From: an uncultured Acidobacteriota bacterium
Lineage (GTDB): Bacteria > Acidobacteriota > UBA6911
Direction: 5' to 3'
NCBI GenBank assembly: GCA_963843575.1
Contig: CAWJKZ010000014.1
Location: 704,001 to 768,000, forward strand
Length of the DNA: 64,000 nucleotides
A model generated the notes under the pieces. That model did not search any database. It had not been told where the DNA came from and saw only the letters and a program-made list of their open reading frames with translations. Each line of letters opens with the position of its first letter. The first letter of the stretch is position 1. Below are positions 33,647 to 44,419 of the stretch, piece by piece. A program made the position numbers and the translations under genes.

Positions 33647-34912
33647 TCAGGGCTCCTGCTTGGCGGCGCGGATCGCGAACCTGTGAGGCTTGGGTTGTGT
33701 CAGCTCGTGCTGGCGCGCGACGAGCTCGGCTTCCAGGGAGTCCAGCGCGCCGAGCGCGAGCGGCGTCTGAACCAGCGATTCGTCCTCCAGAGGCAGCTGG
33801 ACCTGGCGCCAGCGAGAAAAGTGGATGTTGTTGCGCTTCAGCGTCAGCACGTGTACCGCAGCCGCCTGCCGCGCCATCGGGGTCGCCAGGACGGCAAGGT
33901 TAACGCCTGCAGCGAGAGCCTCCCCGTCAAACACTCCCACCACTTCCCCGTCGATGAACAGGGAGAAGGCTTTCCCTCGGAGCCCGGCGACGGACAGAAT
34001 CTGCCGGTTGAGGGTGTCGACGAAATCCGAGGAACGGATTGCGAGGTCGGAAACCGGATCCTTCAAATCCACCGGCATCGGCAGGGCGTTGTCCGTCTGG
34101 GTCCAGGTTATGGCAGGGCCGGTCTTCAGGTCGGACAGCGTGCAGTTTTCCATTTTTGTCGCCTGCCCGGTGGCGGCGTCGATGGCGGCCGTACTCACCG
34201 TCGCCGGGGCGTTCCACGCTTTGAGCAGGGCTCCCGCCATAAGAAGGTGCCCCGGTGCCGCAGGGTGCACGCGATCCGGGACGATCCTCTGGGCGAGGAC
34301 CGGATCGGCAGCCTTGGCCTTCCGCAGTGCCTCGACGATAGAGGAGTTGAGGTCGGCCGAGTCGAGTCCCTGGCGCTCCGCCAACTCTTTGACGAACTGT
34401 CCGTACCGGACCAGGACCGCGTTGTATCCCCCTTCGAAACCCGGCTCCCGCGTGACGTCGTCATAGGGCGATGGCTGAATGAGCGTCATGCGCACCGAGG
34501 GCAGAGAAGCCCGCAGAAGCTGGACCATTTTCTCGTACCCCGTGCTGAAGGTGCCGAAGATCTCGGGGTCGAGCGCACGATAGCGGCCGTCGTTCATCCC
34601 CAGCATGACCGTGACCACGGTGGGCCTGTAGCTGATAACGTCGCGGTTAAGGCGGAGCTCTATCGGGCCGCCTCCCCCGCCGGTGACCCGGTCTCCGCCC
34701 CAACCCGAGTGAGCGAACATCACCTTCATCCGCGGAAAACGGGTCAGGACATAGGTCTCGGTGAACGTGGTGTACAGGCGCTGATCGGTGATGCTGTCGC
34801 CGTAGAAAACAACCCGGTCTCCGTCCTTCAGGTAAAAACCGGTTTGGGCCGAGGCATGAGAACTGAGCAGTACCGCGACAGCGAGCAGTAGAATCCTGGC
34901 AGGTTGCGCCAT
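33647..34912 (-). CDS. Exported SGNH/GDSL hydrolase
   Basis: FYGDSIT, LGMND, DRVHP; signal peptide. Confidence 0.9.
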   Translation of the reverse strand: MAQPARILLLAVAVLLSSHASAQTGFYLKDGDRVVFYGDSITDQRLYTTFTETYVLTRFPRMKVMFAHSGWGGDRVTGGGGGPIELRLNRDVISYRPTVVTVMLGMNDGRYRALDPEIFGTFSTGYEKMVQLLRASLPSVRMTLIQPSPYDDVTREPGFEGGYNAVLVRYGQFVKELAERQGLDSADLNSSIVEALRKAKAADPVLAQRIVPDRVHPAAPGHLLMAGALLKAWNAPATVSTAAIDAATGQATKMENCTLSDLKTGPAITWTQTDNALPMPVDLKDPVSDLAIRSSDFVDTLNRQILSVAGLRGKAFSLFIDGEVVGVFDGEALAAGVNLAVLATPMARQAAAVHVLTLKRNNIHFSRWRQVQLPLEDESLVQTPLALGALDSLEAELVARQHELTQPKPHRFAIRAAKQEP

Positions 34913-35102
34913 CTGGACGTCCTCCATGGGTTGAGACAGATACTCAGGGCCGTTTTGTACGGGACTTGCGGCGAATCGGCGGAACCGCGGCTGCAAAGTG
35001 GATCTCCTGCCGTGCCTTAGAGGCGGCAGTATAACCGATTTTGCCGGCAGACACGCGGCTGAACTCACCCGGCCTTTTCAGGAACTAAAGTCGCATCTCT
35101 GA

Positions 35103-35201
35103 GCCAACGTGGCCAACCTGCTATTGGCGCGCGCCGCGCGACGGCGCCGCCAAATCGCCATCCGCATGTCCCTGGGCGCAAGCCGGGGCCGCCTGCTGCG
35201 G
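35103..35201 (+). pseudogene. Internal fragment of an ADOP/FtsX-type ABC permease
   Basis: Translates ANVANLLLARAARRRRQIAIRMSLGASRGRLLR; in-frame TGA immediately before and shortly after. Confidence 0.75.
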
Positions 35202-35405
35202 TGGCGGTCGGCTTGAACGGCGGCGCTTCCGGGCCCGCCAGGCAACGATGTTCGCCCGAGGTGAGGCGCTGGAGGGTTGCGGGTGGAGTGCGTCCCTAGT
35301 CTTATTTGCAGAAAACAAGGTCAAAAATCGCAAATAAGGCCGGATTTGAGGATAAAAAATTGGATAAGTTATAGATAAATAACAGATTGTCCTGGTCCGT
35401 CCCCT

Positions 35406-36359
35406 CTACTTGCCCTGGTTCGCTGCGGCCGCAGCCAGTTCAGGGAGGTTCGGTGCGACGCCCGCGACTACGTAAGTGTCCCGGGAGGCGAGCTGCCGCC
35501 TGGTGCGGATTACGATGGTGGAAGCGAACGGCACCGCCGACAGCGCATTGAAGACGTCGTCCACTCTTTTGACCGATTTTCCGTTGAAGGATTCGATGAG
35601 GTCGCCCGCCGCCAACCCCGCAAGCTGCGCCGGCCCACCCCGGAATACGTAATTCACCAGGATCGCGCCTGATTGGGTGTCCAGCAGGTAGGCGCCCAGC
35701 AGCCTGGCATCGCCCGCGAGACGATGCGCTTCTGCATAGTTCCCCTTTGCCAGGAAGACGATAATTTGAGATTCCCTGAAATCCTCCTGCGCCTCCGCCG
35801 TCACCGCGACCCGGCGCCCTTTGTCGATTGCCTCCTGAGCCGTATCATAATGTCCCAGGCGGACGCTATTGTTGGCAAGCCCGGCAAAATAGAGCGCCTG
35901 CTGTGGATCCCGTTCCGTGGCCTTTTGCCAGTACTGCTCGGACTTCGAGTAGTCCTCCATCCTGCTGTAGACCATCCCCAACCAGGCACAATGCGTCGCA
36001 AGGTAATCTGGCTCAGGATAAAAGGAATTGGACTTCTGGATCGCCTCGATGGCCTCGCGGTAACGATGGAGCCTGGTATAGCAGGTTCCTATCTCGAAGT
36101 GAATGTTCGCTTCCCCGAAGCCGCTCAGGTAGTTTTCCGGCAGCGTTACCAATGCTTCCTTGTACAGCATCAATGCACGCGCATACTTCTCTTTCGCATA
36201 TTCTTGTTCCGCTCGCCGGATAATCGGCGGCGCCCCACCGGCAGGATTCCAGAACTCCTCCCGTTTCTTGCCGGTCCTCTGTGGCCAGCAGGGTGACGCC
36301 GGCAGCAACCCAGAGATTACGAGTGCAACAAGCAGGACCCGACCACGTGTGAAAGTCAT
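35406..36359 (-). CDS. Exported TPR + PDZ domain protein
   Basis: Signal peptide, TPR repeats, C-terminal VFRGGPAQLAGL.AGD.I..FNG. Confidence 0.8.
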   Translation of the reverse strand: MTFTRGRVLLVALVISGLLPASPCWPQRTGKKREEFWNPAGGAPPIIRRAEQEYAKEKYARALMLYKEALVTLPENYLSGFGEANIHFEIGTCYTRLHRYREAIEAIQKSNSFYPEPDYLATHCAWLGMVYSRMEDYSKSEQYWQKATERDPQQALYFAGLANNSVRLGHYDTAQEAIDKGRRVAVTAEAQEDFRESQIIVFLAKGNYAEAHRLAGDARLLGAYLLDTQSGAILVNYVFRGGPAQLAGLAAGDLIESFNGKSVKRVDDVFNALSAVPFASTIVIRTRRQLASRDTYVVAGVAPNLPELAAAAANQGK

Positions 36360-36593
36360 GAAATCTCCTGCGCAGTGCGGTGCCGACCTGTACTTCCCAT
36401 TTCGCTTCGAATCGCCTCGATCGGCTCGGCCGCGGCCGCGCGCCGCGCGGTCGGATATTCGTTCTGCCGTTGTAGTGAATGCCCTTAATACCGGATGCGG
36501 GGCGGTTCTTTGCGGCCACCCGCGTTGAGTCTTCGAGACTTTGAGTTTAACCCGAAGATAGAGAGACTCGAAGCTCCATTTTCGCCTCCCCGT

Positions 36594-36986
36594 TTAGTCC
36601 CGCGGCCCCTGGGCTCGACATGTTCCAGAAACCGTAACAAGGGACCACGGCCGCCCGGCCGCATACCGGTTCACCCGGCTCCACTCGCTATCCGGACGGT
36701 AGTTCGAGAGCATGCAGTCGAGCCGGCGCAGTTCAGTAAAGGCTTCCGCGGCAGCGGCATCCGCATGGGCGCGCCTTGAAGAATAGAGTGCAACGGAAAG
36801 ATTTACCCCCATAGCGTCGGCGCTGTATTCGTACCTTCCCGGTTCGGCGCGAGCGGCCGATGTCAGCAAGATAGAAGCTACCACCCACACCACAAGGATC
36901 CGCCCCGATGACCGCCGCTTCACGAGGCAAGCCCTTCGCGTTTGCGACGGTTGTCCGCTGCGGAGCGGATTGTATGTACTCCTCAT
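36594..36986 (-). pseudogene. Truncated FAD:protein FMN transferase (ApbE) N-terminus
   Basis: AMGVNLSVALY...AFTELRRLD.MLSNYRPDSEWSRVNR, then ends. Confidence 0.65.
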
Positions 36987-37236
36987 GGATACAGGACTCC
37001 CGTCAACGTAGCAGCTGCCGGACTTCGAATCGGTTTGCGTCCCGGCTGCTGGGAGACATCCCTCCCAGGACCCGGCTCGCATCGGCACCCACCGAAATCG
37101 TGCCGCGCGCGCCAAATACGGGGCAACAACGGTGTGAGGATTATTGATCTGATTTTTCTTGCGCTTGCAGACCCGCCAAATTCCGTGCTCGAACGATCAC
37201 CCTGAAAACCGGCGCATGGCTGGCCCAATAGCCGTT

Positions 37237-38010
37237 CTATGGAACGGCCCTTTCGAAGATCAAAGTTCCAAAGTTCTCCGGCACATGATTGGGGTCGTGG
37301 CCTGGCGAACAAGTGGGTTGCCAGCACATGAAATGACGTTGGGAATCGGGCCCTTGACCGTCGATGCGATACAGATTCGCGCGCCAGCGCGTTCCCGCCC
37401 GGACAGCTTGGGAAGTGACTGATTTCAGAGGGATCCGGGCGCATGCGTACCAGACATGAGCCTTATCGTCAACCCGCGCCGCCCGGAGACAACCCGATGT
37501 CCAGTTCTCATCGCCGTTGCTGCGGCGCGTCTTGAGGTCGAAATCGATACTCAAATCAATCCAATCGCCAGTCGGCGCGATTTCAAACTCCCGATAGCGT
37601 CCGATGTTTTCCCAATCGGCTCCCAGGAAAATTTCGACGACATCCCGGTCCCACAATCCGTGGCGTGGCCTGTCGTTCTGGGGAGGAAGGAATACGTTCA
37701 GGGTCTCGTAAGGGCTGATGAAAAGAAAGTAGAGGTGCTCGTCTGTCCAGAATGCTCGAACCTCCGTCTGCAGTTTGGCGTAGTCGATCGTTCTGGTGCA
37801 GTCTTTTGCTATCCAGGCGGACGCAGCCCCCTTCCAGATTCCCGATCTCGGGTCTGTGTTCAGCGGCGGGGATCCTTTGCGATACGGTATGGACAGAGAA
37901 GCCGTCGGAGGCACAACACTGCAATTCTCCTGCCCCGCTAGATCGCCGATTGACATCAGAATGAAAAGGAACAATAGAGCGAAGCCGCACTTTCTCGAGA
38001 ATGTTGTCAC
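37237..38010 (-). CDS. Exported CBM9-like/DOMON sugar-binding protein
   Basis: TEVRAFW...LYF.F, LWDRDVVEIF, YREFEIAPTG, WRANLYRIDG, HVPENFG. Confidence 0.75.
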   Translation of the reverse strand: MTTFSRKCGFALLFLFILMSIGDLAGQENCSVVPPTASLSIPYRKGSPPLNTDPRSGIWKGAASAWIAKDCTRTIDYAKLQTEVRAFWTDEHLYFLFISPYETLNVFLPPQNDRPRHGLWDRDVVEIFLGADWENIGRYREFEIAPTGDWIDLSIDFDLKTRRSNGDENWTSGCLRAARVDDKAHVWYACARIPLKSVTSQAVRAGTRWRANLYRIDGQGPDSQRHFMCWQPTCSPGHDPNHVPENFGTLIFERAVP

Positions 38011-38099
38011 AGTTTTGGTCCTTTTCTTTCGGCATTCGTGTCGGGAGCGCCCGTATTGCCCTGAAAGGGAGGAGGTGCGATCTGCGGGAGCCGATCGAT

Positions 38100-39371
38100 C
38101 TAGAGCGCTATCTGGCCCTTCCAGCGTGCCTCATAGTCGTAGACGGCGTCCTTGATGGGCACACCTCGGAGATCGATCCGGCTGAGGTCTGCGGTGCCGA
38201 TTCCGGCTGCTTCGCCCATCAGCACCGTGCTGTCGGCATACTGATGCGTTTCTCCAGGAGGAATCAGTTGCTCCGGGGGGTGGACGTGCGGAGTTTTTGC
38301 ACAGGCGGAAGGGTGGTTCATGACGACCTGCCCGCGGGTTGTACCCCATCGTCGCCATCCCGACCGCGTCGGTACAGACGCAGTTCAGGCCGACGACCAG
38401 CAGCCTGGGCTTCCCGGGTTTGGCGCCCGGAACACCCGCACCCTCGCCGCCAATAAGGGTTTCGATCCCGTCCAGGACGGCAAGATCGATCGGGCGTGCC
38501 CCGCAGATGTCCGTGATAAGCCGCGGCATCCGCCATCCCTCATAGCGGTTTGATTTGAAGTCAATCTCCTGAGGCACACCGGCGGGCGGGCTGCACCTGA
38601 CCGTAGTGGAATACCCTCTCCCGGGTCCACCTGGACGCCCCGGGGGCACCGGGTCGAGCCCTCCGTAGGCCAACTCGGGAGTGATCCCGAAGAGGTTCTT
38701 CATCGACAGGGTCACACCCAGCTCCTCGTGGTTCTTCATTTTGGCCACGCTCACGAAGAAGTCGCAGTCCTCATAGGAATGATTCAGGGCGAAGGCGGGA
38801 TAGATGTACGGATTCTGCGTCTTGACCTTGAGAATGGAATATTGCTTCCCTTGGCCCAACCCGTTGGTGTCCTCGAGCTCCACCATCGGTGCGGCGGTCT
38901 TGATCGCGTTGACGTCCCACCCATCCTGCAGCATGGCGTCTTCGAGCGGTCCGCCCTCCTGCTTGCGGGTGGTGCTCTCGAGCAGGCGGATTCGCCTGGC
39001 TCCCAATTTGCCGAAAACGGCGACGAGTGCACCGACGACGTTCGGATGTACCCAGGTTGTCTGGCCGGCGCTGATGCCTACCCGGCGACCCTTGCCGGAA
39101 GAACCGGTCAGATTCAGTTTCATGGCGACCGTCTTGCCCCGAACCCGAGGTGCCGATCCCACCAAGCTCATCGAACATGCGCTCGAACTGCGCGACCAGG
39201 TCCTGGTCGTAATCCGCAACCTTTGCGACTGAGACCGGAGCCGTGGGAACCGAGAGTGCCGGGGTTGCCAGTCCGGCACGATCCGCCGCCAGTGCGCCGA
39301 CGGCAAGACCGGACAGAGTGAGAAGATCTCGCCGTGAAACACCGCCGTTAAGGCTCTTTCATACCGGTCAT
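38100..39371 (-). CDS. Tat-exported DUF362 domain protein (multiple frameshifts)
   Basis: SRRDLL Tat motif; KLNLT, TWVHP, KMKNH..GVTLSMKNLFG, PIDLAVLDG, D.VG...MGYNP. Confidence 0.75.
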
Positions 39372-39412
39372 CCTGACCTCCTGAGAATTATCCGAATTCG
39401 ATTTCTTGCCCC

Positions 39413-41025
39413 TTATTCCAGAAGCACTGCCCCCCAGACCGCGAGTTTCGGGATGGAAATCTCCGTTCGGCCTTTCGGAATCGTGCGCGCCTCCAAGTCC
39501 AAAGGCGGGCCCTCCGGAGTAAACAGGCGCGCTGTCTTGAAGATCCCGTTGAAACGGAGGGTCACCCGGCTATTGAAGGGGGTCGTCGCGTAGTTGAGCA
39601 GTTGGATGAGCGCACGCTTTCCTGAAAGTGCGGTGCTCACGTAGGTAAGCAGCGACGGAACGTTGAATGCGGTGAGACCCATCACGTCGGGCTCCAGCAG
39701 GTCCAGCATGTCTTTGGCCACCATCTCAGGGTCCGGCGGCTGGTCTTTGTAGACCACCGCGCGGCCTTTTCCGAGAGGAATGTCGGCATAGTTGTCCTGC
39801 TCGGGAGCACCTCCCCAGGACGGGCCGGCCACGATCAGCCCGCCGCTCCTCCGCGAAATCACGCAGTGTCTTCCGCTCGGCATCGCTTGGGACGGTCAGA
39901 TCCACGACCAGTGCCGCCTGGAAGCCGGCAAGAGATGCCGGGCTGAGCCGGGAGCGCTCGATTATGCGGTACGGCACCTGGCGTCGCGCCACCAGGTTGA
40001 GGTATTCGTCGGAGAAATCAGGATTCTCGCCGCCGGTGTCCAGGACCATTGCGACGTTCCCGTAAGGCTCAAAGCTCCGCCAGTCCGAGTGATCTTCGGC
40101 AAATTTGAGGTAGGTTCCAACGCCTCGCCAGGTGGCCACTGCGTCCGCATCCTTCCGCAACAGCCTCACGCGCAGATCGTCATCGAGTGCAACGATCCAA
40201 CGGCCGCCTGCCACCGCCGAGTCCGCCACGCATCGGGCATAATCCCCCTGCGAGCCGGGGTTGGGTTCTTGATTCACCCATACCGGCCGCCAACCGGGCT
40301 CCAGGTGTAACGATCGCACCAGCCAGATATTGGACTCGATCCAGGGTTCGGCCGACGCACCCGCGTGTATGCCCATGTCCGCCAGATCGCGCGCGTTTGG
40401 TCTCACCCCCTCCAGCGCCACCAACGGGGCCTTTGCTTTTCGCGCCACCGCAGGCTCTCGTGCGATAGTGACCACCAGTGCCGCTGCTATTCCTGGAGCG
40501 CAACGCCGTCTCCAGCTCTCCGGCAAATCCGGCTCCGACGGGGAATGCGGCATCCAGCACCAATCCATCCAACAGCGCCTCATCGGAAGCAGACGCAACC
40601 GCCTGAGGATCAGCTCCCGGGTAGACGATTCCCAAGACTGAGATTCCTCGCTTGCGGGCCACTCGGGCATATTCTTTGACCAACTGCCGCTGTTGCCTTT
40701 CGATATCTGATCCCACACCTGCGCTGAAAGTCACGAGCAGGCAGTTGATCGGCGTACCATCGAGCAGGGTCAGAGTGGAGGGGTTGTACCATTGGGCGAT
40801 TGCTTCGCGCAGCGCGGCATTTTCGGCTATTGACTTGTCCTTGGCGCGGCGCACTACCTCGAGCGGTCCGCCGTCCCAGCGTGCCGGAATCCAGCCACTC
40901 GAGGGTCCGGCGCACAATCCCGCCGCAACGGGACCCGAAAAAAGCAACAGCGTCAGCGCACCGGCAATCCGCACCCCCAACCGATGGCCAACGCTTCTAC
41001 CCGGGTGACGCACCGACTTCTCCAT
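39413..41025 (-). CDS. Exported hypothetical protein, frameshifted across three ORFs; C-terminus resembles glycoside-hydrolase accessory domains
   Basis: Signal peptide; contiguous ORFs 40180-41025, 39726-40718, 39413-39883; LIQLLNY C-terminal motif. Confidence 0.55.
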
Positions 41026-41381
41026 GGGGCAGGACGATATCAGGTTTGATCCGCGCCCGCAACGAATGGAATGCGCAGTTGACGGCGGACGTCGCGGCAG
41101 CTGCCGCTGATTTTGAAATGCCCCGGGAACTGACGGCCAGCGAACTTTCGGGACGCGGATGCGCGCGGATCCCCACGAATCGACCTGGCGACAGGCCGCG
41201 TGAATCCGTTGGATCCGCGTAATCTGCGTTCTGTTTTGGCTCTTTGTCTTTCATTGCCCGTGTTGTTCTGCTGAGAAATACGTCAGCGTACTTATGAGAC
41301 TGTGCACTTAGGTTCCGATAAAGGTTTTGTGTCGCCCAAGGCGCACCCCCACCTTATTGCATACATGAGCAGCCGGTTATG

Positions 41382-43577
41382 CTATTCGAAATAGACCGTA
41401 GCCAGACTGTAAACTTCAAAGGGTGGGAAAACAAATTCGATATTTCTCCCTTTTCTTTCAAAGCTGACCGTCGCAGTCTTGTTGATCGGTGATCCGACAG
41501 TCACCCGCGCGACTTTTTTGTTTTCCGGTATCTGCAGGCGTACCCTGGCATTTGCGACCGGCGTAACCACGCCATCCAGAGTCACTTGATAATTTACCAG
41601 GTGCACAAGCTGCAGATTCTTCTCTTTCTGCTCCATTGTGGTCATTTCAACCATGTTGGGCGCAAAGAGCTTTCCCGAAACTCCTTCGGTCGCAGCCCAT
41701 GCGACCGCTTCCGGCAATGAAGCGAACGCCTCTTTTATCCTGTCAGGAAACTTACCCTGGCCATACATCATCTGATCATCGGGAAGCGGCGTTTTTTCGG
41801 TATCGCCCCGGCCGACCGGTATCGGATTCAACGGGATAAATACCACGCGGCCTTTATCGAATTCTTTGCGGGTGACTGCAACTGGGGCGTCCTGCAGATC
41901 AAAGCCCAACAGCTCTGCCAGGCCCAGATTCAGCCGGGGCAGGCCGTTTTCATCCTTTGCTGATGACAAGCCCATCACCACCAGACCGCCGCCATTCTGC
42001 ACAAAAGCGGTGATGGTCCTGATCTGTTCATCGCTCAGCAGCGGCACGTACGGCAAGATCAGCGTTCTATACTTTGCCAGCTCGGCCGGGTTCAAGTCCC
42101 GTTCCACCGCCATCACATGAGCGATGCCATTATCGGCCAGGACCCGTGATGCCGGACTAAAATAACTGAACTCATCGCTGTAGAACTGGTTAATTGAGCA
42201 GAGGATGGCGGTGTTGGCTGCCAGTTTTGCTCCGACCAGGTTTTCTTCGTTTTCCTTGAAGAAAGCATAGATCTGTTCCGCGCCCTTATGGACCATCGGC
42301 GAGATCATCTCGCCAAAAGTCTCGCGTACCACGCTGAAGGTATTATGGTTGGCAAATGCCTCGGCGATGCTCAGTTTGATCAGGTTGAACAGGGCCTTTT
42401 CATTGGGAATCGGCTTGGGCGTGGAGGGCTGGATACAGTACATCCAGACCGGCTTTTGCATGGCCGCGGCAGCCAGAAATTTCAGCGGACCGGAATTGGA
42501 GATCTTAACATCCCCTTCCGCACGCGGGACGGATCGCAGACCCGCCTGAATTTCCGAATAGAAAAAGTCCTCGACCCCGCCCATCATTTCCATGTCATCA
42601 CCATTGGTATAGGCCATGTTGCCGTAATCGCCACCATTGATGTTGCCGGAGAGCAAGAAATTCGGATTGATCAGTCTCGCTGCAGCGCGGATCTCCCTTT
42701 GAAATTCGGTCAGCGACCAGCTGCGAAACATGAGCCATTCCCGCCAAAGCGCTTGCGTATTATCCAGCGGGGGCTCGATTTTCGCGACATCGGTAAGGCC
42801 GTAACGTTTTTGCAGATAGTCGCGAGATACTTTGTCGCGGAGATATTTTCTGAATGCCTCGCGGGAGTGCTCGCAATAGCAGGTACCTTCGTGCACCTTT
42901 GTCCAGTCGACATAGGCCCCGTCGTGCCCGCTTATGGCCACAAGCTTAATAACTCCTTTGAAATAGTGCACATAAGATGGATTATCCTGACAGCCGAACA
43001 TCTCAAACCGGCCGCCGGTTTTGGGCGCGTTGGGATGCCTGAAGCGATAAAAGGAATATTTCCCATCAAAAGTCCGCCGGACCCATTTATCCGGCCCCTC
43101 CGCCGGTTTCGGGCCGAAATACTCCGTATACTTTTCCCACAGTCCCGGTGTGTTGTACGCCTCATTTAAAGAAAGCTCGTCCGGTTTTGGCTGGTCTTCA
43201 TAGGTCGGACTGTCGCCCGCAAGGGCCATCGTAGTATAAGCGATTACATGCATGCCTTCATGATGAAACCGGTCGACTTTTTCCCTCGCCGCTGCGATCA
43301 TCTTATTGAACTCAGTCAGATCGGTGATATAGAGGCCGCTCTCCTTGTCCTTGGGGAAAATGATCGGACCGCCGTTCTGGTTGACTGTCGCATGCAATCG
43401 ATTCAAGAACTCGATATTGTCATTTGAGCGGACGATGCGTATATGCCCCCAGTCCCAGGGCCCCAGCGCTGTGCTGGTTTTCGAACTGCCATCTTGAGCG
43501 GCAGTTGGGAGCGCACTGCATATCAACAGAATTATGAATAATGCATTGCCCCATCTGATGTTTGTTGATTGCGCCAT
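41382..43577 (-). CDS. Exported putative glycoside hydrolase (GH42-like with trimerization/GATase-like domain)
   Basis: Signal peptide, CYCEHSREAFR, W..FR, LILPYVPLLSDEQ..I..FV.NGG.LV, VHLVNY; visibly lower GC than core genes. Confidence 0.6.
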   Translation of the reverse strand: MAQSTNIRWGNALFIILLICSALPTAAQDGSSKTSTALGPWDWGHIRIVRSNDNIEFLNRLHATVNQNGGPIIFPKDKESGLYITDLTEFNKMIAAAREKVDRFHHEGMHVIAYTTMALAGDSPTYEDQPKPDELSLNEAYNTPGLWEKYTEYFGPKPAEGPDKWVRRTFDGKYSFYRFRHPNAPKTGGRFEMFGCQDNPSYVHYFKGVIKLVAISGHDGAYVDWTKVHEGTCYCEHSREAFRKYLRDKVSRDYLQKRYGLTDVAKIEPPLDNTQALWREWLMFRSWSLTEFQREIRAAARLINPNFLLSGNINGGDYGNMAYTNGDDMEMMGGVEDFFYSEIQAGLRSVPRAEGDVKISNSGPLKFLAAAAMQKPVWMYCIQPSTPKPIPNEKALFNLIKLSIAEAFANHNTFSVVRETFGEMISPMVHKGAEQIYAFFKENEENLVGAKLAANTAILCSINQFYSDEFSYFSPASRVLADNGIAHVMAVERDLNPAELAKYRTLILPYVPLLSDEQIRTITAFVQNGGGLVVMGLSSAKDENGLPRLNLGLAELLGFDLQDAPVAVTRKEFDKGRVVFIPLNPIPVGRGDTEKTPLPDDQMMYGQGKFPDRIKEAFASLPEAVAWAATEGVSGKLFAPNMVEMTTMEQKEKNLQLVHLVNYQVTLDGVVTPVANARVRLQIPENKKVARVTVGSPINKTATVSFERKGRNIEFVFPPFEVYSLATVYFE

Positions 43578-43914
43578 GACCTTCTTCTCTCCACATTTGC
43601 GAGGCTGCATGTTCGAAGTTAAATGTCCTTCCGCCAGCCGGGATTATCCACAATCATTCAGCTGGATGGTCAGGGAACCATCGGGATTGAGCGGTTGTGC
43701 ACATGCCCGGGTGAGCGGTCTGCGCACGTTTTTAGTCTCGCTGAAGGCCGCCCCATGAACTCTCCCCGGCTTCTGAGTTGATGCACTATGTCGGCTCCCC
43801 AGCCTGTTCCAGGAACCCATACCGCCACGACGGCCAATATAGCACAGGGACCAGCAGAAGAATCAGCGGTTCGCGCACACTTGGGCCCTCTGTCGCGAAC
43901 TGCTGGTTACCGGG

Positions 43915-44193
43915 TTAGAAAAGAACCTGCTCATATAGGACGGGAGAAATAGGAGGAGGCCGGGAAGGAAGGCCCAGACAATCCAGAATCGTTGGGATAG
44001 CCTCGGGTGCCTGGATTGCAGCAATGATGCGCATTGGGCCGCGGCACCGCGACCATTCCACGACGTCCAACTCAAGAACTCTTTTCATCAATTCGGCCCA
44101 TCTGTAATTCCGTAAATGGCATTGGCGTGCCTTTTGAGAACTCCCGGGATGATCGAGTTGTTCTCCCGCAGCACAGCCACAGGTCCCGCGCAT
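43915..44193 (-). mobile_element. IS91-family transposase C-terminal remnant
   Basis: WAELMKRVLELDVVE..RC.G.MRIIAAI..P.AI..IL..LGLP.RPPP. Confidence 0.7.
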
Positions 44194-44419
44194 ATGCTAA
44201 AGTCCTTTCATGGCCGAGGCAAAACCGAGCGATGATTGAACCCGAGCGGGTGCGTCACTGGATGCCGGACCAATTTGGAGGGCATTGGCCCGATACCGCC
44301 TGATGGATCCGGTGAAACCCCGGTAGAACTCACCGGGCGCCGAGGCGCCTTCCGGCGGGCGGCTGCAGTGGAACTGCGGAAAGCGGTGCCTCGTCACCAC
44401 ATGAGCGAGGGAAAAGCGC

